Source: Acutalibacteraceae bacterium (GTDB lineage Bacteria > Bacillota > Clostridia > Oscillospirales > Acutalibacteraceae). Taken from it: a stretch of 37,983 nucleotides of DNA. The first letter of the stretch is position 1. Every line of letters begins with the position of its first letter. Below are positions 24,362-32,483 of this stretch, one piece after another. Under the pieces are notes generated by a model. That model saw only the letters and a list, made by a program, of their open reading frames with translations. It made no database searches and was not told where the DNA came from. The position numbers and the translations under genes are program-made. The stretch is from contig JAXJRE010000289.1 in assembly GCA_036310785.1 (NCBI GenBank), positions 1-37,983 on the forward strand. Reading direction: 5' to 3'.

Positions 24362-25135
24362 ATGAATTTCGGTGTTTCCTCCTCGTGCTTCTATCCGTCG
24401 CTGATTGAGGAGTCGTTGAAATCGGTCGGCAGATCGGGTGCAAAAACTGCGGAGATCTTTTTTAACTCCCTCTCAGAGCTGAGCGGAGATGTTTTTAATG
24501 AGCTTTGCAGAATCAAGGAATACTATAATATAGAGGTGCGCTCTATCCACCCTTTCACCTCGGCGTTTGAGCCGATTATGTTCTTCAGCGGCTATGAAAG
24601 ACGGACGAACGACAGCGTTGAATTTTACAAGCATTACTTCGACGCCGCAAACCGTCTCGGCGCAGAGCTTGTTGTTCTGCACGGAGGTAAGCTCAGAAAA
24701 GGCTACACACCTGAAATATATGCCGAAAGCTATTTCAAATTGCATACCGCCGCAAGAAAAGAGGGCGTTTTTATTGCCCACGAAAACGTCAACAACTGCC
24801 TTTGTTCCGATCCCGAATATATGAAGCGTGTCGCCGATCTGATCGGTGATGAGTTTCGTGCCGTGCTTGATGTCAAGCAATGCCGCAGGTCGGGACAGAA
24901 TGAATTTCAATTCATCGAGCTTCTCGGGGATAAAATTGCTCAGGTTCATCTGAGTGACGGAACAGCGGAGATGGACTGTCTTGCTCCGGGCAAGGGTGAA
25001 TATGACTTTAAAAAGCTTTTTGACGCATTAAAAGCTCACGGATATGACAAGACTGCCGTCATTGAGCTTTACCGTGACAATTTCGGAAAAGAGGAAGAAA
25101 TAAAGCAGGCGCTTGAATATTTAAAATCGTTATAA
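24362..25135 (+). CDS. Sugar phosphate isomerase/epimerase (xylose-isomerase-like TIM barrel)
   Basis: The size and pattern (VLHGG, HENV and HLSD metal-ligand-like motifs) are typical of AP-endonuclease-2/XylA-like TIM barrels. Confidence 0.6.
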   Translation: MNFGVSSSCFYPSLIEESLKSVGRSGAKTAEIFFNSLSELSGDVFNELCRIKEYYNIEVRSIHPFTSAFEPIMFFSGYERRTNDSVEFYKHYFDAANRLGAELVVLHGGKLRKGYTPEIYAESYFKLHTAARKEGVFIAHENVNNCLCSDPEYMKRVADLIGDEFRAVLDVKQCRRSGQNEFQFIELLGDKIAQVHLSDGTAEMDCLAPGKGEYDFKKLFDALKAHGYDKTAVIELYRDNFGKEEEIKQALEYLKSL

Positions 25136-25150
25136 ATAGGTAATATAGTT

Positions 25151-25185
25151 AAAAGCACAGGGGCAGATAACCTCTGTGCTTTTTT
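25151..25185. terminator. Bidirectional intrinsic terminator
   Basis: A 10-bp stem, AGCACAGGGG / CCTCTGTGCT (one G-U pair), with a 7-nt loop. It is flanked by AAA and TTTTT. Confidence 0.7.
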
Positions 25186-25187
25186 AA

Positions 25188-25550
25188 CTAAAACCAAATT
25201 GCTTTTACAATCAATAAAATGATAACAAGCCAGAAAACAACTATCGGAACCGCATAATACCACTTTTTCGGTTTTCCGTCCTTCCACATATTCTCCGACT
25301 CCTCACAGCAGGTCTTCCACACCTCTTTCGGAACGCATTTGACCGTCAGGGAAACAAGCAGAGGCAGGATTAAAAGATCGTCGAGATATCCGAGCAACGG
25401 AATAAAATCAGGAATCAGATCAATCGGAGACAGAGCATATGCCACCGTTATCGCCGCAAAAAGCTTCGCATACCACGGAGTTTAGGGATTTTTCATTGCA
25501 AGAAAAGCCGCAGGCACATATGTTTTCAGTTTTTTCAGCTTTTCTTTCAC
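25188..25550 (-). pseudogene. DUF1232/YkvA-family membrane protein gene interrupted by one in-frame TAA (25482-25484)
   Basis: The frame from GTG 25550 reads [57 protein letters not shown]. The tracked ORF (25188..25445) is only the distal part. Confidence 0.7.
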
Positions 25551-25567
25551 AATGATTTCACTTCCGT

Positions 25568-25606
25568 AAAAAGATTGCCGCATCAAGAAAAATCTCATTG
25601 CGGCAA
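25568..25606 (-). terminator. Intrinsic terminator of the ABC operon
   Basis: On the - strand the stem TTGCCGCA...TGCGGCAA is followed by TCTTTTT. It lies 10 nt after the permease stop. Confidence 0.65.
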
Positions 25607-25615
25607 CCCGGTCTG

Positions 25616-28600
25616 TTATTCAATTTCCTTGAGCGTCTGCGCCATATCTATCCTGTCGATCTTAAACCTGATCGGCAAGGCGGAGATCAGAGAAATCAGC
25701 ACAATTATTGCGATTGTAACAATATAGCTCCACCAAGATATCGAGCTTCCGTAAACGATATTATCAACTGAAATGAATCCCATAAGCACGCTGTGCAGGA
25801 AGATTCCCGCAATAAGGCCTATCACCGTACCGAGCACAGTTGAAATAATATTTTCACGGATAACATATATCAGCACCTCGTGATCGCTCAAGCCGATAAC
25901 CTTGATGTTAGCTATCTCTCTCGTTCTCTCGCTGAGATTTACGTTGGAGTTGGTATACATCACTATCATCGCCAGCAAGCACGCCGAAATAACAAAGAGC
26001 ATAACAACAGACAATATTCTGCCGATCGAAACGTCTACCGAGCCTGCCATATCAGACGCTGTTGAAGCACCCGTGACAATATCCTCTTTGAGGAAGGTTG
26101 AGGCGAGATTTTCGATATCCTTTTTCTCAACATAGGATTTTGTGGATACAATTATATATTTATACTGCGGTTCAGCGCCAAAGACCTCGGAATAGGTGTC
26201 CTCTGCCATATAGACGTAGTGATTTGTGTAATTCTTCACTATTCCGCTGACTATTGCATATTTCGGAGCCGAGTCGGAGGACGTCAGCCACACATTATCG
26301 CCGACCGATATTCCGAGATCATCCGCCATCTTGTCCGTAATTACCGCACTGCCGTAACTGAGATCAAAATCGCCGTCCGTCACCTCTATATTGACATAGT
26401 TTGGAAATTCCTCGCTGTTTTTAACCGAAATGACGTTAACGGATCTTTTTGCCGCAGTATCTTTATTTTCAGCCGCCGCATATGCGCTTCTCTTTGAGAA
26501 AAGAGCTGCGTTTTCCGTTCGCTGATCCTCCCGAATATCTTTAAGTATCTGAGTGTCCTCTTGCTGAGGAGTTTTCAGGACAAACATTATGTCATACTTG
26601 AATATACCGTCCTCGTTGTACTGTGCGCCCGACACGGCGGTCGTTGAATTAATAAGTCCGAGAGATGAAAGTATGAGCGCAGTACAGCAGGCTATGCCGA
26701 GAGTTCCGATAAAGACTCTTTCACGGCTTCTTGATATCGTTCTTGCCACGATAACCATACCATAGCTCATCTTGCCCCAGAGGGCAGGTATTTTTTCAAG
26801 AAGGTTTCTGCGGTTATAATTGATGTTCTGCGGACGCATCAGGGTTGCCGAATCGTTTCTCAGCTCTTTCAGCACCGCAAATACAGCCGCCGCAACCGTC
26901 ATAACAAAAGAAAGCGCAATTCCGAAGAAAACATATTCGGAAAGGAAAACCGTTCCGACATTCGGCACGCTGTAGGTTTCATTATATATGGAGCATACAA
27001 CAAAAGGCAGAACGCAGGTTCCCATTACGGCACCGATAAACGCTCCTATTGTCCACGCCAATATAGCATAAATCAGGAATTTTCCGATAATTGCCGAGTT
27101 TGAATATCCGAAAGCCTTGAATAAACCGATCTCTTTTCTTTCTTCCTCTACGTTCTTAACCATAATCACGAAGCAGGCAAGCATTGCTGTAATGAAGAAC
27201 ACCATCGGGAAAAATTTCGCAACGGATTTAATATTCTCAAGGCTTACCGAGAAGCTGTCGATTCCTGCAAAGCTGTTTCTCGGCGTTGCCGTCCATCTGA
27301 GATTTGTGAGATTTCCGAGGGTGGTTTCGTAGCTTTTCAGATCATTGTTCAGCGTTTGAAGCTTACCTTCGATTTCATTTTTAAGCTGAGTATATTCGTC
27401 ATCGACCGTATCATAACGGCTTTTTGCAACCTTGAGGTCATACTCCGCCTTTTCGATCGCAACAGAGCTGTTACGGCTTGCAAGCGTATAGCTTATCTGA
27501 GCCTCGGTCACTCTTATTTTCAGGCTTTCAAGCTCCTTCTGCTCCGCTTCGGTCTGAGCGATAAGCTTTGTGAGGCTTGACTGACCTTTTGTAAGCTCGT
27601 TCATCGAGGTCATATATTTTGAAAGCGTTGCCGAGTCTGCGTCATAGGATTTTTTTGCGGAATTATAGTTGGTTTCCGCATTTTTAAATTCAGTCTGCAA
27701 AACCTCTCTCTGAGACTTCGCCGTTGCAAGCGCAGTTCTTTCGCTCGAAAGCGATGAGGAAGCCTGAGATTTTTTACTTTCTTTTTTTGTCTTGCTTGAC
27801 TGAGCCGAAGAAAGCTGTGACTGAAGATTTTTCAGCTCGTTGTTTCTTGAAGTCAGTTCAGTCTGAGCCACGGTCAGGTCATTGTTCAGCTTTGTTTTTT
27901 CGCTGATGGCGGCAAGCTTTTCCGCATTTGTGTACTCGCCGTTGATTATTGCGTTTTGCTTTTGAATATCGCTGTTGATGCTGCTTATCAAAGCATTCTG
28001 AGTTTTAATCTTTTCGTTCTGCTCCGAAATTTTCGTGTTCAGACTGCTTATCGTTCTTTCAAGCTCGCTGATCTCCGAGGTGAGTTTTTCGATTTTGGAT
28101 TGATAATCGGATATCTTCTGTTCACGCTCGCTGATCTCTTTATTCTTCGAATCAAGCTCGCTCTTTTTCTTCTGATAAGTACCCTCAAGCGCATCAAGAT
28201 TGGCTTTATCCGCTGTGTGTTTGGCGTTCAGATCGTCATAAAGCTTTTTCAGTTCGCTGTAGCCCTTTATCTCCGAGCTTTGGCTGTCCCTGAGCTTAAC
28301 GTGACTTTCATAGCTTGAATTAAGGTTTGTAAGCTGTTTTTCGAGGCTGCTGAGTGTCGAGGACGCACTTTTGACCTTATCCTCGTTTTCCTCTTTCAGA
28401 GCCTGGAGAATTTTGTCCTCATTGTCAACGTACTGCTTAAACTCCTTGATCGAAGCTTCCTTTTCCTTGAGCTGAGTGTCGCTGAGCAGAGTATATTCAA
28501 TAATCTCGGATTTTTTATCCTCGATTTTGTTGTTGTATTCGGTTTTGAGATCCGAAAGCTTTGAATCTATCGCCGCTTCGGAAACCTTATTTATCTCCTC

Positions 28601-29383
28601 TGCAAGGGCTATTGCTCTGTCTGTATATTTCTCGGAAAAGCTGTCCAGATATTCGGAATAATTCATCTTCACGAAAAGCTCGTTGATTTTATCTGTCGCA
28701 AAATCCGATTTCAGAACATAGATACATGAATCAAGGCTTCCCGATCCGAGCTTCGTCTGACCTTTGTCGGCAGAGATGTACTCGGGAGAAGCAACGATTC
28801 CCACGATTGCGAATTTATTGTTTTTAAGGCTGATTCCCGAGCTTCCGTCGGTTTCGGAAATGTTGAAAACCTTGCCGATCTCAATGTCGGGATAAAGCTC
28901 GGCGGATTTTTCGTCAACAACACATTCTCCGCTTTTTTCGGGAAGTCTGCCTTCTTTGAGGTCAAGTCGGTTTATATATGTGGGATCCTCCTCGCCGTCC
29001 AGAAATTTCTGCGCCTTATCGGCGTCAATCAGGCTTATTCGGCAGGTAAGCTCCGTACCGTTTTTGTTGACGAAGGCTTCCTTGCCCAGGGCGGCATAAC
29101 CGTCAACATAGCACGATCCCACAACCTGTGAAACCATTTCAACATTTGCTATCCTTTTGATATCTTCGTCTGAAAACGGAATCGGCGAAGTGACATGAAC
29201 ATCCATAAGATTGTTATTGACAAAAAATTCATTCGCCTCGTATTGCATCGCAGGCGAAGCCGATTTTATTCCGACAAAGAAGCTCATTCCAAGCGCAACG
29301 ATAACGGCGATTGAAAGAAATCTGAGCTTGTTTGCGGTAATGGAACGAAGAGTATCTTTAATGAGAGCTTTTGTCATTACCAC
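25616..29383 (-). CDS. Fused double FtsX/MacB-type ABC permease (1255 aa) with a ~440-aa coiled-coil insert in the first extracytoplasmic domain
   Basis: An N-terminal TM is followed by a MacB-like periplasmic domain, a long heptad-rich Ser/Lys/Glu/Asn/Gln segment (nt ~27300-28620), an FtsX 3-TM bundle, a second extracytoplasmic domain and a second FtsX bundle. The start may be GTG 29383 or ATG 29377. Confidence 0.8.
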   Translation of the reverse strand: MVMTKALIKDTLRSITANKLRFLSIAVIVALGMSFFVGIKSASPAMQYEANEFFVNNNLMDVHVTSPIPFSDEDIKRIANVEMVSQVVGSCYVDGYAALGKEAFVNKNGTELTCRISLIDADKAQKFLDGEEDPTYINRLDLKEGRLPEKSGECVVDEKSAELYPDIEIGKVFNISETDGSSGISLKNNKFAIVGIVASPEYISADKGQTKLGSGSLDSCIYVLKSDFATDKINELFVKMNYSEYLDSFSEKYTDRAIALAEEINKVSEAAIDSKLSDLKTEYNNKIEDKKSEIIEYTLLSDTQLKEKEASIKEFKQYVDNEDKILQALKEENEDKVKSASSTLSSLEKQLTNLNSSYESHVKLRDSQSSEIKGYSELKKLYDDLNAKHTADKANLDALEGTYQKKKSELDSKNKEISEREQKISDYQSKIEKLTSEISELERTISSLNTKISEQNEKIKTQNALISSINSDIQKQNAIINGEYTNAEKLAAISEKTKLNNDLTVAQTELTSRNNELKNLQSQLSSAQSSKTKKESKKSQASSSLSSERTALATAKSQREVLQTEFKNAETNYNSAKKSYDADSATLSKYMTSMNELTKGQSSLTKLIAQTEAEQKELESLKIRVTEAQISYTLASRNSSVAIEKAEYDLKVAKSRYDTVDDEYTQLKNEIEGKLQTLNNDLKSYETTLGNLTNLRWTATPRNSFAGIDSFSVSLENIKSVAKFFPMVFFITAMLACFVIMVKNVEEERKEIGLFKAFGYSNSAIIGKFLIYAILAWTIGAFIGAVMGTCVLPFVVCSIYNETYSVPNVGTVFLSEYVFFGIALSFVMTVAAAVFAVLKELRNDSATLMRPQNINYNRRNLLEKIPALWGKMSYGMVIVARTISRSRERVFIGTLGIACCTALILSSLGLINSTTAVSGAQYNEDGIFKYDIMFVLKTPQQEDTQILKDIREDQRTENAALFSKRSAYAAAENKDTAAKRSVNVISVKNSEEFPNYVNIEVTDGDFDLSYGSAVITDKMADDLGISVGDNVWLTSSDSAPKYAIVSGIVKNYTNHYVYMAEDTYSEVFGAEPQYKYIIVSTKSYVEKKDIENLASTFLKEDIVTGASTASDMAGSVDVSIGRILSVVMLFVISACLLAMIVMYTNSNVNLSERTREIANIKVIGLSDHEVLIYVIRENIISTVLGTVIGLIAGIFLHSVLMGFISVDNIVYGSSISWWSYIVTIAIIVLISLISALPIRFKIDRIDMAQTLKEIE

Positions 29384-30078
29384 TCTATCCTTTCAATCGG
29401 CATCGGCGTCTCGTTAATTTCAATTTTACTGATCTTTCCGCTTTTCATCGTCAGCACACGGTCCGCAATAGGCGCAATCGCACTGTTATGCGTGATGATC
29501 AATACGGTCATTTTCATTATCTCCGAAACCTTTTTTATAAGTTTAAGTACCTGTATTCCCGTTTCATAGTCCAAGGCTCCCGTAGGCTCGTCGCAAAGAA
29601 GCAGCTTAGGCTTCTTTACCAAAGCTCTCGCAATGGCAACCCTCTGCTGTTCGCCGCCCGAAAGCTGTGACGGAAAAAGTGTAGCCCTGTCCTCAAGTCC
29701 GACAAGACGAAGCAGTGCCATACAGTCAACTGCCTTATCGCTGAGATTTGCGACAAGCTCCAGATTTTCAACCGCAGTGAGATTGGGTACAAGGTTGTAG
29801 GACTGAAAAATAAAACCTACCTCCTGCCTGCGGTAAAGCATGAGCATACGCTTGTTGAAATCGGTTATGATCTTGTCATCAACGGCTATCTGACCATCCG
29901 AGCATCTGTCCATTCCTCCGAGAACATTCAGAAGAGTGGTCTTTCCCGCTCCGCTCGGCCCGACGACAACGCAAAGCTCTCCCTGCTCGACGGTGAAGCT
30001 TACTCCGTCAAGTGCCTTTACACTTTCCGATCCGGATTTATATATCTTATAAACATCTGCAAATTCAATATATCCCAT
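29377..30078 (-). CDS. ABC transporter ATP-binding protein (MacB/LolD-type)
   Basis: Walker [10 protein letters not shown], signature LSGGEQQR and Walker B LLLCDEP. It overlaps the permease start. Confidence 0.92.
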   Translation of the reverse strand: MGYIEFADVYKIYKSGSESVKALDGVSFTVEQGELCVVVGPSGAGKTTLLNVLGGMDRCSDGQIAVDDKIITDFNKRMLMLYRRQEVGFIFQSYNLVPNLTAVENLELVANLSDKAVDCMALLRLVGLEDRATLFPSQLSGGEQQRVAIARALVKKPKLLLCDEPTGALDYETGIQVLKLIKKVSEIMKMTVLIITHNSAIAPIADRVLTMKSGKISKIEINETPMPIERIEW

Positions 30079-30245
30079 ATTGCACCGCCTTTTTCGGGCA
30101 TTTTATAAAAAATATTATACAACATATTGCTTCTCTTTGCAAGGTTATGCTGACAGATTTAGTATAGAAATTTATACAAATTATTGCGTATGCACAGTAT
30201 CGGACAATTTATATGCAACATCGACATAGGTTTTGAAAATTTTCC

Positions 30246-30274
30246 TTGATTTTCCGCAGTAAATAAACTATAAT
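30246..30274 (+). promoter_or_regulatory. Sigma-A-type promoter: TTGATT, 17-nt spacer, TATAAT
   Basis: Hexamers at 30246-30251 and 30269-30274, upstream of the lipoprotein gene. Confidence 0.6.
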
Positions 30275-30320
30275 GTAAATATAATTTCACAAATGTATAA
30301 TTCTCTAAGGAGGACTCTTA

Positions 30321-31433
30321 ATGAAAACATTCAAAAAAGTCTTGGCTCTTGTGCTCGCCGCAGTGCTCTGCCTTTCGCTTGCATCGTGCAGTATCGTGGA
30401 CGACACGGATATCACTAAGGACAATATCAAGATCGGCGTTATTCTGCCCGGTCAGTGTGAGGATTCCGACGAATACATCCGTGACCTTTCAACACTTCAA
30501 TGTATCTCGTCAATCAACGATATGCTCTCTTTCGGCGCAGGTATCGGCAGCGACAGATTCCAGTATATCGAAAATGTAGATCCCTCCGACGAGCAGGCAT
30601 CTTACGACGCTATTCACTCTCTTATAAACCGTGAGTGCTCCATCATCTTCCTTGCCGATCCCGGCTATATGGCCGCTGTTGAAAAATATGTCGGCTCGGC
30701 AGACGCAAACGACGATTCTTCCGCAGGAAGCACAAAGGTTCAGTACATAGTTTATAAAGGAACGGACAACGGAAAGAATATCCATTCCTATACAGCAGAT
30801 ATTGCCGACTCGGTTTACCTCAGCGGCGTTGTGGCAGGTCTCAAGGCAAAGGAGCTTAAAGTTCCCAAGATCGGCTATCTTCTTCAGTCGGCCGACGATC
30901 TTTCTCTCCTCAATGCTTTCGCTCTCGGCGCACAGTCCGTTTATTCCGAGGTTAAGATTGATGCAAGAGTATGCACCGATATCGCAACCGACTGTCACAC
31001 TCTCGTTTCAAACGGTGACGTTGTTATTGCTTCCGATTTTTACAGCGCAGAAATCGCAGAAAACCGTGAAGACGCTTTCTTCTGCGGTTTCGGTACAACG
31101 AACGCAGTTGTAGATAACGAGGGCTTCCTCTGCGCTCCCGTTTATGATTTCTCCCAGTATTATTTCAACACGATTGCCGCAGTTCTTGACTACGACGATG
31201 TTGAATATGACGAGAACGGCAAGGAGATCGACAAATCCGACGCTCTGCCCGACATCAAGCCCTTTGAGGGAGAGTACAAGGACGGCTCAACCTACCTTTC
31301 CAAGTTCGGCGCAGGTGTTGCCGAGGGAACAAAGGCGGCTGTTGACAATGCCGAGACTATGATCCTCAGCGCACAGCTCACTCAGAAGGTCAGCTCGACA
31401 GTTCCCATTGCAGGTGTTACCGTAACAAAGTAA
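30321..31433 (+). CDS. BMP-family (PnrA/Med-like) substrate-binding lipoprotein
   Basis: Lipoprotein signal LSLASCS. Internal segments (KIGVILPG, YLSGVVAGLK) resemble BMP-family binding proteins. No cognate permease or ATPase is adjacent. Confidence 0.55.
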   Translation: MKTFKKVLALVLAAVLCLSLASCSIVDDTDITKDNIKIGVILPGQCEDSDEYIRDLSTLQCISSINDMLSFGAGIGSDRFQYIENVDPSDEQASYDAIHSLINRECSIIFLADPGYMAAVEKYVGSADANDDSSAGSTKVQYIVYKGTDNGKNIHSYTADIADSVYLSGVVAGLKAKELKVPKIGYLLQSADDLSLLNAFALGAQSVYSEVKIDARVCTDIATDCHTLVSNGDVVIASDFYSAEIAENREDAFFCGFGTTNAVVDNEGFLCAPVYDFSQYYFNTIAAVLDYDDVEYDENGKEIDKSDALPDIKPFEGEYKDGSTYLSKFGAGVAEGTKAAVDNAETMILSAQLTQKVSSTVPIAGVTVTK

Positions 31434-31447
31434 TAAAACAGAATAAT

Positions 31448-31518
31448 TCAGGCGGAGATCGAAATGATCTCCGCCTGAAATTTAAAGCAGATGGAACTCA
31501 ACCCTCCATCTGCTTTTT
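31448..31518. terminator. Double-hairpin bidirectional terminator module between convergent genes. It is repeat copy 2; the other copy is at 22104-22173.
   Basis: A 13-bp perfect hairpin, TCAGGCGGAGATC-gaaat-GATCTCCGCCTGA, spans 31448-31478. It is followed by AAAGCAGATGGA-N9-TCCATCTGCTTTTT (31484-31518). Confidence 0.75.
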
Positions 31519-31619
31519 AGTTTTTAGTATATAGGGTAATTTAATAGGTAATTAGAATAAATTGGTTTTGCACTCAATTGCTTTAGAAATTCGAAAAATA
31601 GAATACTTTTTGGAAATAA

Positions 31620-32453
31620 TTACACTTTAAAAAGATTGACACCTTGTTCGGTTTTCCATTCATTTTTTCCATTGGATGACCGACCTAAAACGACAGAGGA
31701 AGCTGCGGAAGGTGCGCTGAATTCGTAGTTCTTTTTAAAGAAACCATCAACAATAGTTCCGTCTGCCTCGAGTTTCTTTCGTAATTCATAATATGATTTT
31801 GCGCCGTTTTGAAATGACGCCGCAAGATGATCAGATACTTTTGAGCCTTCCATAACAGTAAATCCGCCGGGGCTTATAAACCCTTTTGCTTCAGCTTGGC
31901 CGCTCTTGCAATACAAGTATACAGTATTGATGGTAGGTGTGGGAATAGGTACTAAAATTTTATATCCCATTGCATTTAATAAAACGGAAAGGTTGCTTAT
32001 AAATTCATCCATACTGGCACGATGAGATTCTTTTATTACGGTATTTTTATAAGTGCTTTTTGTTAATATATTATATCTGTTACATTCTTTTGCAATTTCA
32101 ACAAGTCTGTTTTCAACATAGCGAATCAATGCTTTGTTTAGATCGCGTCCGACAAAAGAAATTGCGGTATTCCAATAATATGTTTCTTTTCCGGACTTAT
32201 AATCATAAATATGTTGACAAAGTCTTTCGTAAACATTTTCAGCTTCGCCAATATAAACAGAATCGGTTCCGTCATCTTCTTGACATAGTAAAAAATATAC
32301 ACCTGTTCCACATATATCTTTCCGCTGACAAGAAAGCAATTCGGTTCTTGGGATTTTTATCCCTTTACCATTCCAGTTGGAGAGCTCAGCGGTAATTATT
32401 CCGTCAGATGTTCCGTTTACCCAAAATAGTTCAATTGATTTTCCAAAGCACAT
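31620..32453 (-). CDS. GIY-YIG nuclease-family protein with a DUF4357-like C-terminal domain
   Basis: GVYFLL...SVYIGEAENVYERL matches the GIY-YIG pattern. The C-terminus (FSAPSAASSVVLGRSSNGKNEWK) resembles DUF4357. The gene is AT-rich relative to its neighbours. Confidence 0.65.
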   Translation of the reverse strand: MCFGKSIELFWVNGTSDGIITAELSNWNGKGIKIPRTELLSCQRKDICGTGVYFLLCQEDDGTDSVYIGEAENVYERLCQHIYDYKSGKETYYWNTAISFVGRDLNKALIRYVENRLVEIAKECNRYNILTKSTYKNTVIKESHRASMDEFISNLSVLLNAMGYKILVPIPTPTINTVYLYCKSGQAEAKGFISPGGFTVMEGSKVSDHLAASFQNGAKSYYELRKKLEADGTIVDGFFKKNYEFSAPSAASSVVLGRSSNGKNEWKTEQGVNLFKV

Positions 32454-32483
32454 GTTTCTACCCCTTGTTTTATAATTTGCAAA

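Noticed and set aside
27300-28620. Possibility that the Ser/Lys/Glu/Asn-rich segment is a separate surface-protein gene, a frameshifted fusion or a DNA-level tandem repeat
   Set aside because: The reading frame is continuous from the N-terminal TM/MacB-like domain into the FtsX helices, with no internal start/RBS signal. I saw no exact nucleotide tandem repeats. I treat it as an insert within the permease.
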